A DNA stretch of 64,000 bases from contig CAVYIM010000003.1 of the NCBI GenBank assembly GCA_963768655.1, positions 320,001 through 384,000 on the forward strand. Reading direction: 5' to 3'. The notes below the pieces were generated by a model, which was not told the DNA's origin, made no database searches, and was given only the letters and a program-made list of their open reading frames with translations. The translations under genes and the position numbers were made by a program. Shown here piece by piece: positions 1-10,380 of this stretch (the stretch's first letter is position 1; each line of letters begins with the position of its first letter). The DNA comes from an uncultured Chloroflexia bacterium (lineage in GTDB: Bacteria > Chloroflexota > Limnocylindria > Limnocylindrales > CSP1-4).

Positions 1-2
1 CC

Positions 3-563
3 GACGCTGAACAGACTGCCCAGTCGTATGGGTTGCAGCTCTCGATCACTGCCACAGCGACCAACGACGGCACCCAGACCGACGACACCATCGTGTCCCA
101 GAATCCGGCGTATGGGAGCGCGATGGCCAAGGGCGACACGATCTACGTGACCGTCGTCAGCGGCACCGCCCAGGTCGTCGTCCCGGATATCCGGAATCTG
201 ACCGAAAGCGACGGCCTCAACGCCCTCGCGTCGGCCGGCCTTCAGGTGGGCCAACGCACCGAGGCCTACGATCCAACCATCCCCGCGGGTCAGATCATCA
301 GCAGCAACCCGAAGATGGGTCTGACCGTCCTGAAGGGTTCGCCTGTCGACTACGTCGTCTCGGAAGGGCCGGAGCCTACGGCCACGCCCACGTGGTCGTC
401 CACACCCACCCCAACCCCGACCCCCACGCCGACCCCGACGCCCACCCCAACCCCGACGCCCACACCGACCCCGACCCCCACCCCGACCCCCACACCGACC
501 CCGACACCGACCCCGACCCCCACACCGACCCCGACTGCGGCGCCCACAGCTACCAGCTCTTAG
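3..563 (+). CDS. 3' part of a PASTA-domain protein (probably a PknB-like Ser/Thr kinase), 5'-truncated by the window edge
   Basis: Frame open from base 3; PASTA-like repeats (IVSQNPAYG...KGDTIYVTV; [14 protein letters not shown]...IISSNPKMG...VDYVVSEGP); Thr-Pro tail. Confidence 0.75.
   Translation, partial: DAEQTAQSYGLQLSITATATNDGTQTDDTIVSQNPAYGSAMAKGDTIYVTVVSGTAQVVVPDIRNLTESDGLNALASAGLQVGQRTEAYDPTIPAGQIISSNPKMGLTVLKGSPVDYVVSEGPEPTATPTWSSTPTPTPTPTPTPTPTPTPTPTPTPTPTPTPTPTPTPTPTPTPTPTAAPTATSS
402..536 (+). repeat. Degenerate hexamer tandem repeat ACNCCN encoding about 22 Thr-Pro units
   Basis: Directly visible; translates as TPTPTP... Confidence 0.95.
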
Positions 564-636
564 CCCCCACAGCCCTTAGCCCCGAGTCGCCCCGCGAGCC
601 GCCCGCCGCGAGTCGCCCCGCGAGTCGCCCGCCCGG

Positions 637-1842
637 TCAGGTGGTGGTCAGGTTCGTCGTCGCCAGCGCCTGGCTGCCATCGCTCGTGGAAACGACCACG
701 GTAGCCGTTCCCGGCCCAGGCGTCGCCCCTGAGATGGTCACCTTCCAGGTAGCCGTGCCGGTCTGATCCGTGGTCAGCGTCGGGGAGACGATCTGCGCCA
801 GCCCGTACACACCCACTGTGAAGACGACGTTCGCCCCGGCCAGCGGGCCGCCGTTGGTCGAGGTTGAGTGGACCGTGAGCTTGATCGTTGTGGGACCGAT
901 GGCCCCGAATCTGGCCGGCGAAACCGACAGGTGTGCCGCCAGCTGGCCGAATGCCCGCTTGACCGTCAGATCGTCCGTGGTCACGTTGCCAGCCTGGTCA
1001 GTCGCGATGACCTCGATCGGGTTCGATCCCGCCACCAGGTTCACCGTGATGGCGAACTGACCGTCCGCGCCTACGACCTTGCTGCTGAGCTCGCCGCCGG
1101 GCGCCTGCTTGTTGCGGATCGTCACGGTCGAGCCCGGGTCGGTCTTGCCCGAAACGACGACCGAGCTGCCCGGCTGCGTGCTGCCGTCCGCGGGCGAGGC
1201 GACCGTAAGGCTGGGTGGCACCGTGTCGAGGATGTAGACGACCACCGGCGACGGCTGACCCTCGGAGCTTGGCGTCACCAGCGCAGCCGCGAAGGTGTTC
1301 GAGCCTTCGACGAGGCTGATGGCCGGCGTCGTGAAGTGCGCTGTGTCGCCGACCGTGACCTCGGCGACCTGGGTCTTGGTACCGTCCGCAGCGATGGCGT
1401 AGATCTTGACCTGATAGCCGGTCTCGCCGACGACCGTCGCCGGCACGCTGCCCGACAGTGCGATCGTGGCCTGGTTCGTATAGCCGCCGTTGTCCGGAGT
1501 GTCCAGTACCGGAGTGTCGAGGGCAACGCCTGATGGCGCCGCCGTGGCGGGCGGCATCGACGAAACCTGCGAGATGGCACTGTCGAACGCGTGCGCCACC
1601 TGGCCGACCACGCTCACCAGCACGTTGCCGCCCACGATCACCATCGCGATCCCCAGAACGAGGAACACGCCGATGACGCCCAGACCGAGCGGAGGAGGGA
1701 CGCCTTTGTTCGTCCGGACCGGGCGATAGCGGCGCACCAGGTCGCGGGCCGGAGCGGAGGCCTTGATCTGATGCGACCGGAGCCGGTCGCCCGACGGCGG
1801 CAGGGGTCGAACGTGGGCCGCTCGGCGTTCTCGCATCGGCAT
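637..1842 (-). CDS. Membrane-anchored protein with bacterial Ig-like domains
   Basis: N-terminal TM (LGVIGVFLVLGIAMVIVGG); Ig-like signatures DTVPPSLTVASP, LVAGSNPIEVIATDQAGN, TTDQTGTAT. Confidence 0.75.
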   Translation of the reverse strand: MPMRERRAAHVRPLPPSGDRLRSHQIKASAPARDLVRRYRPVRTNKGVPPPLGLGVIGVFLVLGIAMVIVGGNVLVSVVGQVAHAFDSAISQVSSMPPATAAPSGVALDTPVLDTPDNGGYTNQATIALSGSVPATVVGETGYQVKIYAIAADGTKTQVAEVTVGDTAHFTTPAISLVEGSNTFAAALVTPSSEGQPSPVVVYILDTVPPSLTVASPADGSTQPGSSVVVSGKTDPGSTVTIRNKQAPGGELSSKVVGADGQFAITVNLVAGSNPIEVIATDQAGNVTTDDLTVKRAFGQLAAHLSVSPARFGAIGPTTIKLTVHSTSTNGGPLAGANVVFTVGVYGLAQIVSPTLTTDQTGTATWKVTISGATPGPGTATVVVSTSDGSQALATTNLTTT

Positions 1843-2197
1843 GGCTCCATTGTCGCATCAGTCGGGAGTGATCCGGGGCGGCAGTTCTCGCTTGCTTCCG
1901 CGTCGATGCTGCCGACACCCTCTTTAGTACGCCCATTCCGTCCTCCGCGTGACGAACGTGCGCGCTGCGGGCGGATGGATGTACTCTGCTGCAGAGAGCG
2001 GACGTGCAGGATTGTCCGCGACGGTACGAGGCTTACTGGTGGAGGCTCGCAACCCCAAGCCCGATCGGCCCCGCACACCTCACGCCGGCGCCGGCGGACG
2101 CCAGGTTCCGGCTCTGCGAGGGGGCGTCTTGCCCGTGCGTACCGGCCCGCGACCCGTCACGTCGTTCCCCGTTTCGGGTCGGATCGCCACTCGCCCG

Positions 2198-2521
2198 ATG
2201 CCGCGCACGCTCCCGATCATCACCCACGCGGAAATCGGACAGCCCGGCCGCTACGCATCGATGCCGGGCGTCCGCTCCGGGTTCGGGCTGCCGAATCTGC
2301 GCCGCAACGTCTGCCCGCATTTCTACATGACGGGCAGCCGCGGAGCGATCCCCATCCAGGCCCCGCATCTGCTCAAGGCCCTGATTCGCCAGGAGCAGAA
2401 CGTCTCACGCTGTCAGCTCCGCGGCGGAGTCCACCTGGAGCAGGGCTACGTCAACGATGTCTGCCTGACGCCGAGATTCAACCAGTGCGTCTTCTATGAA
2501 GACGAACTGACGAAGGATTGA
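2198..2521 (+). CDS. Small hypothetical protein with four Cys (possible metal-binding)
   Basis: ATG at 2198 within ORF 1949..2521; CPHF...C...CLTPRFNQCVFY; stop overlaps the folC start. Confidence 0.6.
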   Translation: MPRTLPIITHAEIGQPGRYASMPGVRSGFGLPNLRRNVCPHFYMTGSRGAIPIQAPHLLKALIRQEQNVSRCQLRGGVHLEQGYVNDVCLTPRFNQCVFYEDELTKD

Positions 2522-3915
2522 CGCCGACCGGCACCGTCCGCTCTGGCGCGACCCTCGGCTACGCTGAGGCTCTTGGCGCTCTCGAATCGCGCGGCCGATT
2601 CGGCATTCACCTGGGACTCTCTCGCACTCGGGCCCTGCTGGCGGCCCTGGGCCACCCGGAGCACTCCTTCCGGGGCGCGTTGATAGCCGGCACGAACGGT
2701 AAGGGCAGCGTCCTCGCGATGGTCGGCGCTGCCCTGCAGGCCGCCGGCTACCGGACCGGCGAGACCCCCAAGCCGCACCTGGTCACGTACCGCGAGAGGC
2801 TCCAGATCGATGGCATTCCGGTCGATCCGGAGACTTTCGCCCGCCTCGCCGGAGAGGTGCTGGCGCTGGCCGATCGCGTCGCTCGTCGCCACGGCGAGCC
2901 GACAGAGTTCGAGCTGCTGACTGCGATTACGTTCCGCTGGTTCGCCGAGGCCGGCGTCGATCTGGCGGTCGTCGAAGTCGGCCTGGGCGGGCGGCTCGAC
3001 GCCACTCATGCCTGGGATGGCGGCGTGGCGGTGGTCACGAATGTCTCGCTCGATCACATGGATCGGTTGGGTTCGACCGTTGAGGTGATCGCACGCGAGA
3101 AAGCGGCGATCATCATGCGCGGCGACCTGGCGGTGACGGGAGCCTCCGGTGGTGCGCTCGATGTGATCGAGCGCCGGTGCGGGCGAGTGGGGGCTCCGCT
3201 GACCGTGACGCCGCCGGCGCTGCTGCGCGGCCTGGACCGCGACGCGATAGACGTGGAGCTCGGGCTTCTCGGGCCGGTACGGGTGGCCCTTCGGGGGCGC
3301 CACCAGGCCGCGAACGCGGCGGTAGCCGACGCCACGCTGGACGCGCTCGAGGCGGCCGGGATCGCCCGGGTCGGGGGCGAGGCCCGGCGGGTCGGATATG
3401 CCGGCGTCCGCTGGCCGGGGCGGCTGGAACTGATCGAGGTGGCGGGGCGGGAGGTGATCCTGGACGGCGCCCACAACCCGGCCGGGGCGGCGACCCTCGC
3501 CGAAGCGCTCGACGATCTGGCCCCGTTCCTCGCGCGCGGCCGCCCGACCCTCGTCCTGGCGATCATGGCGGACAAGGACGTGGGCGCTGTTCTCGACGCC
3601 CTAGCCGGCGCGGCGTGGCTGCGGCCGGCCCGGGTGATCTGCACCGCCCCGTCGGGCAGACGGGCGCTCCCGCCCGAGCAGCTCGCCGCGCGCTGGGCGG
3701 CCGTCGCGGCTCAGCGGGGAGTGCCCGCGCAACCGGAGGTCTTCGCCGATCCCCGCGCCGCTCTGGATGCCGCCCTGGGAAGCGGCACCGCCACCGGGCC
3801 GGTAATCGTTGCGGGCTCCCTCTACCTGGTCGGCGCGGCGCGGGCCATACTCGTGGACGACCCGCGTCTCGTGCCCGACCCTCCGCTCCCGACATTGGAG
3901 TCTGCGCCGCGATGA
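2518..3915 (+). CDS. folC: Folylpolyglutamate synthase/dihydrofolate synthase
   Basis: IAGTNGKGS P-loop, PHLVTYRERL, TEFELLT, VVEVGLGGRLDAT, ILDGAHNPAG, AGSLYLVG. Confidence 0.95.
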   Translation: MTPTGTVRSGATLGYAEALGALESRGRFGIHLGLSRTRALLAALGHPEHSFRGALIAGTNGKGSVLAMVGAALQAAGYRTGETPKPHLVTYRERLQIDGIPVDPETFARLAGEVLALADRVARRHGEPTEFELLTAITFRWFAEAGVDLAVVEVGLGGRLDATHAWDGGVAVVTNVSLDHMDRLGSTVEVIAREKAAIIMRGDLAVTGASGGALDVIERRCGRVGAPLTVTPPALLRGLDRDAIDVELGLLGPVRVALRGRHQAANAAVADATLDALEAAGIARVGGEARRVGYAGVRWPGRLELIEVAGREVILDGAHNPAGAATLAEALDDLAPFLARGRPTLVLAIMADKDVGAVLDALAGAAWLRPARVICTAPSGRRALPPEQLAARWAAVAAQRGVPAQPEVFADPRAALDAALGSGTATGPVIVAGSLYLVGAARAILVDDPRLVPDPPLPTLESAPR

Positions 3916-4829
3916 CCGTCCCGAAGCGCCCGGCGGCCGCGATCTCGCCGCCATCCGCATCGCTTCCTGCACTCCTGCGTGCCACTCGCATCGGGTCGCG
4001 CACATTCGAGTGGGGTAGCCGCACGTACGTCATGGGCATCGTCAACGTCACGCCCGATTCGTTCTCCGGCGACGGCCTGCTGGCCACGGCTGTCGGCCGT
4101 GGCGGCGGCGCGGTCGAGGCGGCGGTACTCACGGCCCGGCGTATGGTCGAGGAGGGCGCCGACATCCTCGACGTCGGCGGCGAGTCCACGCGTCCGGGGC
4201 ACACACCCGTCTACGCGGACGAGGAGGTCGCTCGCGTGGTGCCGGTCATCGCCGCGATCCACGCCGCGCTGCCGGAGACGCCCATCAGCGTCGACACGTC
4301 CAAGGTGGACGTGGCGGCGGCGGCGCTGGACGTAGGCGCCGTGCTCCTCAACGACGTCTGGGGAGTCGGGCCCGACGACGCCATGGCCCGGCTCGCCGGG
4401 GAGCGGCAGGTCCCGCTCATCGTCATGCACAACCGCGCCGTGGCCCAGTACGACGACTTCGTGGCCGAGCTCCTCGCCGACCTGCAAGCGGCCCTCGATC
4501 GAGCGCAAGGCGTCGGAGTCCGCCGCGAGAACCTGATCGTCGACCCGGGCTTCGGCTTCGGCAAGACGCCCGAGCACAACCTCGAGGTAATGCGCCACTT
4601 GCGCGATCTGCGCAAGATAGGCTTCCCCGTACTCCTGGGCACCTCGCGCAAGTCCACCCTGGGCCGCGTCCTCGGGGGAGCTCCACCCGAGGAACGCTTC
4701 GAAGCCACGCTGGCCACCACCGCTCTGGCCATTGCCGGCGGCGTCGACATCGTCCGTGTCCACGACGTCCTGGCCAACGTCCGGGCCGCCCGCATGAGCG
4801 ATGCAATAGTCCGAGGAGTCGCCCCGTGA
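3912..4829 (+). CDS. folP: Dihydropteroate synthase
   Basis: MGIVNVTPDSFSGDG, DVGGESTRPG, VDPGFGFGK, GTSRKS, VRVHDV; ATG at 3912 overlaps the folC stop. Confidence 0.95.
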   Translation: MTVPKRPAAAISPPSASLPALLRATRIGSRTFEWGSRTYVMGIVNVTPDSFSGDGLLATAVGRGGGAVEAAVLTARRMVEEGADILDVGGESTRPGHTPVYADEEVARVVPVIAAIHAALPETPISVDTSKVDVAAAALDVGAVLLNDVWGVGPDDAMARLAGERQVPLIVMHNRAVAQYDDFVAELLADLQAALDRAQGVGVRRENLIVDPGFGFGKTPEHNLEVMRHLRDLRKIGFPVLLGTSRKSTLGRVLGGAPPEERFEATLATTALAIAGGVDIVRVHDVLANVRAARMSDAIVRGVAP

Positions 4830-5200
4830 CCGACCGGATCGTGCTGACGAACATGGTCTTCCAGGGCCGCCACGGCGTGGAGGAACCCGAGCGCTCCACG
4901 CCTCAGCCATTCGAAGTCGACGTGGAAGTCCACCTCGACGTGCGGCCGGCCGGCCTGGTGGACGACCTGTCCCGGACCGTCGACTACCGCCAGATCTTCG
5001 ATCTCTGCCGCACCGTCGTCGAGGGTCCGAGCCGCCAGCTCATGGAAACCCTGGCCGAGTCGATCGCGACCGCGGTGCTGGAGCTTGCGGCAACCGCAGG
5101 CGCGACCCAGGTCGTAGTCCGAATCCGCAAACCGCAAGCTCCACTGCCCGGCCGGCTCGACCACGCTTCCGTCGAGATCACCCGCCGCCGCGAGCGCTGA
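4826..5200 (+). CDS. folB: Dihydroneopterin aldolase
   Basis: DRIVL...FQGRHGVEEPER...QPFEVDV, DDLSRTVDY, LMETLAE, RIRKPQAP. Confidence 0.93.
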   Translation: MTDRIVLTNMVFQGRHGVEEPERSTPQPFEVDVEVHLDVRPAGLVDDLSRTVDYRQIFDLCRTVVEGPSRQLMETLAESIATAVLELAATAGATQVVVRIRKPQAPLPGRLDHASVEITRRRER

Positions 5201-5242
5201 CGTGTCGCGCGGTTCGGGCCGCCGGCGCAACGGATTCCGCCT

Positions 5243-6496
5243 CTAGCTCGTCGCCTCCGGGCGCGTGCCGAGGGTGACGCGGACGGTCAGGTACTGGCCG
5301 CCGCGATACAACTCCAGGCTGATGATTCGGCCGGGGGCGTACTGGACGAGCATCTCCTCGAGCGGATGGTTGGCGTCGATCGTCTGGCCCTCGATCGCCG
5401 TGATGATGTCGCCGGTCTTGATGCCTGCCTGGTCGGCCGGCCCGCCGGACACGACGGCATCGACGGAGTTGCCGTTCGAGTCCTCCTTGTGGACCCAGGC
5501 GCCGTGGTCGAGAGGCAGGTCGTACTTCGCGGCAGCGCCTGCGTCCAGGGCGACGTAGCTGATGCCGATGAACGGCCGCGAGAGCGGCGTGCCCGCCAGA
5601 GCCTGCTGCATGATCGGCTTCGCGATATCGATCGGGATGGCGAAGCCGATCCCCTGGGCGGTGTCGGCGAGAGTCGTAGTGACGCCGATCACCCGGCCCG
5701 AATCGTCTACCAGCGGGCCGCCGCTGTTGCCGGAACTGATCGCCGCGTCGGTCTGGATCAGGCCGTTGAGCTGCGTGCCGGCCGCGCCGCTCGTGTCGCT
5801 GGTTACCGTGATGTCGCGACCGAGTGCAGAGACGATGCCGGAGGTGACACTGTTGGAGTAGCCGACTCCGAGCGGGCTCCCGATCGCTATCGCCAGCTGG
5901 CCGACCTGCAGCGCGGACGAAGTCCCCATCGGGGCAGGAGACAGGCCACTGGCGGCGTCGATCTTGACGATCGCCAGATCCGTGAGCGTGTCGACGCCGT
6001 AGAGACTGCCGGTGAAGTGGCGGCCATCCTCGAGGACGATGTCGATGCTCGTCGCACTCGCCACCACGTGCTTGTTGGTCAGGATCCAGCCGGCGGTGTC
6101 ATAGACGATGCCGGAACCGGTGGTCTCGCCTGTCGGCTGTTGAGCCACGATCGTGACCACCGACGGGCCGACCTTGGCAGCGGCCTGGATGATCGCGCCC
6201 GAATCCGACTGGACCGAAACGTTGATCGCTACTGCTGCCGTCGCGGCCGGGGCGTTGAAGGCCCCAGTCTCTCTGAGCGCCATGAAGGTCGCGCCACCGC
6301 CAACGACCGCGCCGATAAGGGAGGTCACCAACACGGCAACGATCAAGCCGCGGCTCGGGCCCGGCCGGTCTTCCTCCGGAGTCAGCGCCGCCGGCGGCTC
6401 GAACCAACGCTCGGGAGTCGATCCACCGGGTGGGAACCCGGCCTGCCAGGGTGGACGCTGCTCCGGCACCGGCTCGTAGTGGTTGGCTTCGGTCAT
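5243..6496 (-). CDS. HtrA/DegP-type serine protease with TM anchor and PDZ domain
   Basis: GSGIV, LTNKHVV, TDLAIVKI, IQTDAAISSGNSGGPL, PDZ motif GPADQAGIKTGDII. Confidence 0.93.
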   Translation of the reverse strand: MTEANHYEPVPEQRPPWQAGFPPGGSTPERWFEPPAALTPEEDRPGPSRGLIVAVLVTSLIGAVVGGGATFMALRETGAFNAPAATAAVAINVSVQSDSGAIIQAAAKVGPSVVTIVAQQPTGETTGSGIVYDTAGWILTNKHVVASATSIDIVLEDGRHFTGSLYGVDTLTDLAIVKIDAASGLSPAPMGTSSALQVGQLAIAIGSPLGVGYSNSVTSGIVSALGRDITVTSDTSGAAGTQLNGLIQTDAAISSGNSGGPLVDDSGRVIGVTTTLADTAQGIGFAIPIDIAKPIMQQALAGTPLSRPFIGISYVALDAGAAAKYDLPLDHGAWVHKEDSNGNSVDAVVSGGPADQAGIKTGDIITAIEGQTIDANHPLEEMLVQYAPGRIISLELYRGGQYLTVRVTLGTRPEATS

Positions 6497-6666
6497 CTCG
6501 GGCTTCCGAAATCCTGACGAGAGAAGTGACGGGGAGGGAATGCCGCAGACAGGCAACGGATCGCGCCACGACTTCTACCGCCGGTAGTCGAGGCGACGCA
6601 TGACAGCATGCCCTGCCGCGGTTCACGTTCCAGCGTGGGGACGGTGAAGAATCCGCCACCTGGCGG

Positions 6667-8484
6667 CTACTTGCGCCCTGAGGGCGGCTCCGGCGACGGG
6701 ACTGCGGGGACCGCCATGGCGGCGGGCGGGACCACAGTCGAGCTGACGGCCGGGGCTTTCGTGGCGCCCCTGCCGGCATCCTTGCCCTTGCCCCTGGCTT
6801 TGCCGGCCCTGCCGCCGGCCGCGCCCTCGGCGATGGCCGCGGCGGCACGTTCCGCCGGCGTGCGCGGGTCCGCAGGCAGAGTGACCGCAAACGTGGACCC
6901 CGACCCGACGCGGCTCTCGACCGAGATCCGGCCGGCGTGCATCTCCACGATAGAGCGCACGATCGCCAGGCCGAGGCCGCTGCCACTGCTCCGCGCCTCG
7001 CTCGACCTCGACCCGCGGTAGAAACGGTCGAAGATGTGCGGCAGCTCCGCCGCGTCGATGCCAACTCCGGTGTCGATGACCTGGATGCGGGCGCCGCCCT
7101 GGCGATGGGGCGTGAGCTTGACCGTGACCGACCCGCCGCGAGGTGTGAACTTGAGGGCGTTGCCGACCAGGTTGCTCACGACCTGACCGATACGCGGCGG
7201 ATCGTGACGGATGATGAGGGGCCCATCAGGGACCTCGGTCGTGAGGGAGACGCCGCGGCGGCGGGCCGCGGCTTCGGCCTGCTCGGCCGCCGAGAGGACC
7301 GTGGCGCGCAGGTCGTCGGGCCGTAGATCGAGCCGCACCAGGCCAGAGTCGAGCTTGGAGAGCTCGAGAAGGTTCTGGGCCAGCCAGTCGAGCCGTTCGA
7401 GCTGCTGGGCGCTCAATTCGAGGAATTCCGTCCGGGCTATCGGGTCCTCGCCGGCCTTTTCGCGTAGCAGTTCATTGAAGGTTCGGAGAGCCGCCAGCGG
7501 AGTGCGGAGCTCGTGCGAGACATCGGCCAGGAACTCGCGGCTGCGGTCGCGGTCGCGGACGATGACGTCCATCGTCTCCTGTACCTGGGCCGCCATGGCG
7601 TTGAACTGGCGTGACAGCTCGGTGATCTCGGCGGCGCCGGTTCGGGCCCGGTCCGCCGGCACGCGGCGGTCCAGGTCGCCTTCGGCCAGCGCTCGGGCTG
7701 CCTCGGTAAGCCGCCGCAGCGGCGCCGTGAATTGCCGGGCCAGAAGCGAGGCGACGATGACCGCAAGGACGAGCGCGGCTATCGCGGACAGGGTCAGGAA
7801 CCCAACCACCACCGCGATCGTGCTCTCCCGACTCGTGTAAGGCGCCGAGAGGCTGACCTCCATGTACCAGGGCGGCTGCACGCCGTCGGGATCGTCGAAC
7901 TCGAAGACCTTCGTGTAGCTGATGGTGTCGCGTGTCTGTCCGCGGCCCGGCTGGACGGTCAACTGCGCGGTGAAGGTCGATGGCTCGCTCGCGGCGATGA
8001 AGACCGGGCCGTTGGAAGTCTCCGACTCGAGCCCGAAACGCACACGCAGGTCGGCCAGCGCCACCTCGTTGGCGTACTCGCTGATGGTGCTGCCGAACGC
8101 GTCTCGGACGCTTGAGTTCAACTCGCCCGCGGCCGACACGACAGTCTGGTTCTGGGGGTCTCGCGATGCTATGTCTTCCGCCTGCACGCCCAACACTGCC
8201 GCGACGGCGTTGGCCCTGGACTCGAGACTCAGCTGGTCCTGCTGGCGCAGGTCGCGATCCAGAACGAAGATCGTCACGGCCGAAACCACTCCGACGGCGA
8301 CCGCGAAGACGACCACGAACGCGAGCGACAGGCGACCCTGGAAGGTTCTGGGCAGCGGCAGGGGGATGCGGATCGATCGTCTGCGCCCGGGGCCCCGGCC
8401 CGCGCCCTGGACGCCCACGCCGTCGTCGGGCGACTCGTTCGTCGACGCCTCGACGCTCGGCCCGATCGGTTGCTCCGGGCTCAT
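6667..8484 (-). CDS. HAMP-domain sensor histidine kinase
   Basis: Two TMs, HAMP, ADVSHELRTPL H-box, NLVGNALKF, DTGVGI, GSGLGLAIV. Confidence 0.93.
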   Translation of the reverse strand: MSPEQPIGPSVEASTNESPDDGVGVQGAGRGPGRRRSIRIPLPLPRTFQGRLSLAFVVVFAVAVGVVSAVTIFVLDRDLRQQDQLSLESRANAVAAVLGVQAEDIASRDPQNQTVVSAAGELNSSVRDAFGSTISEYANEVALADLRVRFGLESETSNGPVFIAASEPSTFTAQLTVQPGRGQTRDTISYTKVFEFDDPDGVQPPWYMEVSLSAPYTSRESTIAVVVGFLTLSAIAALVLAVIVASLLARQFTAPLRRLTEAARALAEGDLDRRVPADRARTGAAEITELSRQFNAMAAQVQETMDVIVRDRDRSREFLADVSHELRTPLAALRTFNELLREKAGEDPIARTEFLELSAQQLERLDWLAQNLLELSKLDSGLVRLDLRPDDLRATVLSAAEQAEAAARRRGVSLTTEVPDGPLIIRHDPPRIGQVVSNLVGNALKFTPRGGSVTVKLTPHRQGGARIQVIDTGVGIDAAELPHIFDRFYRGSRSSEARSSGSGLGLAIVRSIVEMHAGRISVESRVGSGSTFAVTLPADPRTPAERAAAAIAEGAAGGRAGKARGKGKDAGRGATKAPAVSSTVVPPAAMAVPAVPSPEPPSGRK

Positions 8485-8494
8485 CGTGGCGGCC

Positions 8495-9193
8495 TCAGCG
8501 CTCAGCGAAGGCGTACCCCGCGCCCCGCACTGTCAGCACGAACTTCGGACTGGACGGGTCGTCCTCGAGCTTCTCCCGCAGGTGGCTGATGTGGACGTTG
8601 ATCGTCTTCTCGTCCTGGTCCAACGCCTCGTAGTCGCGGATAAGCTCGAGCAGCTCGCGCCGCGAGTAGACCCGCCCCGGACGGCTGGCAAGGTGGCGCA
8701 GGATCTCGAACTCCGTCGCGGTCAGGCCGATGCGCCGCTCGCCCCGCTGGACGCGCCTCCGCTCCAGGTCGATCAGCAGGTCGCCATGGCGCAGCATTCG
8801 TCCCCCGCCGGCATCCGAAAGGTCCCCATAGGCCCGGCGCAGGAGTGCCTTGATGCGGCTCATCAGCTCTCGCAGGCCGAAGGGCTTGGTCACGTAGTCG
8901 TCCGCGCCGAGCTCCAGGCCGATGACCTTGTCCATTTCCTCGTCGCGGGCCGTGAGGATCAGGACCGGCGCCTTGGAGCCGTTCATCCTCATCCTGCGCA
9001 GGACTTCGAAGCCGTCGATGCCCGGCAGGCGGACGTCCAGGACGACCAGATCCGGCGCGTCACGCATCGCGAATTCGAGACCTTCTTCGCCAGAGCGCGC
9101 GACCGCGACCTGGTAGCCCTCCTGCTGGAGCGCGTACTGGATGCCGCGAGCGACGGCGTATTCGTCCTCGACGATCAGGATGGTGGCAGCCAC
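8495..9193 (-). CDS. OmpR-family response regulator
   Basis: ILIVEDE, LDVRLPGIDG, GADDYVTKPF, winged helix LTATEFEIL...TVRGAGY; GTG start at 9193. Confidence 0.93.
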   Translation of the reverse strand: MAATILIVEDEYAVARGIQYALQQEGYQVAVARSGEEGLEFAMRDAPDLVVLDVRLPGIDGFEVLRRMRMNGSKAPVLILTARDEEMDKVIGLELGADDYVTKPFGLRELMSRIKALLRRAYGDLSDAGGGRMLRHGDLLIDLERRRVQRGERRIGLTATEFEILRHLASRPGRVYSRRELLELIRDYEALDQDEKTINVHISHLREKLEDDPSSPKFVLTVRGAGYAFAER

Positions 9194-9267
9194 GAGCCGG
9201 AATCTACACCCCGCGCCCGCCGAGGATCGACTGAAAGGCTGGCCTGGCGTCGCGCCCCCGACCGAGG

Positions 9268-10050
9268 CTACCCGAGGGACGCCGGACCGATGATCACGAA
9301 CTTGTGCAGCCAGACGCGCTTGCCGGCCTTGCCGTCGATCGGGTCCTTGTAGATGGAATCGACCTGGAGGTAGGGCCCGAAGCGCAGCTGGATCGGTCCG
9401 GCCTTCCACTCCTCGTAGGTGACGTAGTAGTCCAGGTGGTGACGCTCCATGAGTGGGTCGGTGAGGAAGACGCCGTTTATCTTGAAGTTGGTGGACCCGG
9501 TCCGGGGGTCGTCGCCCGTGACGGAGTAGCCGGTCACTATCTGGGCGTGGCTGCCGTACCAGGCCAGGATCCCCACCGGCATATCGGTCATGGCGATCGA
9601 CCTGACCGTGGCGACGGCTGCCTGCGCGAACGTCGTGTAGGCGAGGTCCTGGTATACGCCGGCCGTAATGCTGCCCCAGCCGTAGTAGTTGAGGGCGTTG
9701 CGCCAGCCGGCGACGTCGGCGCCGGGTTTGTACAGGGGTTCGTCCTGGTGAGCCCGCTCCCAGCTGAGGATCGACTCCTGCGCCTTGAAGCTGAGGGTCG
9801 GCTTCCAGACGAAAGTCGGCGCGGGCGCGGCGTCCGGCGCGGCCGTCGTCCACTGATAGCTGGAGTTGAGCGAGATCAGGTTCAGCATGATCAACGTCGC
9901 ATCGGCCGTGCAGGCCGTCTCGTCGGGGTTCTGGAAGCGCACGGCATGTGGGACGTACAGGTTGGTTGAATACGTCGCCCGCGTGGGAGTCGAGGCCTGA
10001 CCGACCAGGATTGCCACGATGGCGGCCAGGCTGACGAAGACGTTGATCAT
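9268..10050 (-). CDS. Secreted papain-fold (C39-like) cysteine peptidase
   Basis: Signal peptide; QNPDETAC (Q..C), SHAQIVTGY (H), LTDP (D). Confidence 0.65.
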   Translation of the reverse strand: MINVFVSLAAIVAILVGQASTPTRATYSTNLYVPHAVRFQNPDETACTADATLIMLNLISLNSSYQWTTAAPDAAPAPTFVWKPTLSFKAQESILSWERAHQDEPLYKPGADVAGWRNALNYYGWGSITAGVYQDLAYTTFAQAAVATVRSIAMTDMPVGILAWYGSHAQIVTGYSVTGDDPRTGSTNFKINGVFLTDPLMERHHLDYYVTYEEWKAGPIQLRFGPYLQVDSIYKDPIDGKAGKRVWLHKFVIIGPASLG

Positions 10051-10380
10051 GGTCGAGAGCGCCACACCTTGATTGGACCGGGTGCGACAGCCCGCCGACG
10101 GCGACGAGCGACGGAAGCCCGGGCGCATAGTTTCCCACGCCTTGGCCAACAGTGGCTCGGCCAGCGCAATCGTGGGCACCGCGGGCGCCGAGGCTCCGCG
10201 CCCGGCGGTCGTCCCGCTGCCGCCCATCGGCGTCCCGCGCGCGAACGAATCGATCCGGGCGGCTGCTCGTGGTAGGCTCCGCAGTCGAAGTTGCGCTCCG
10301 TCGCGACTCAACCAGACCAAACCCTCGCGACCGGTTCCCTCGGCCGCGTGCCGATCGAACCGCGCAGGAGGATCCAGCCA

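Noticed and set aside
402-636. Tandem repeats near the window start as a possible CRISPR array
   Set aside because: They are Thr-Pro codon repeats and short degenerate gagtcgccc units with no unique spacers, and no cas genes are present.
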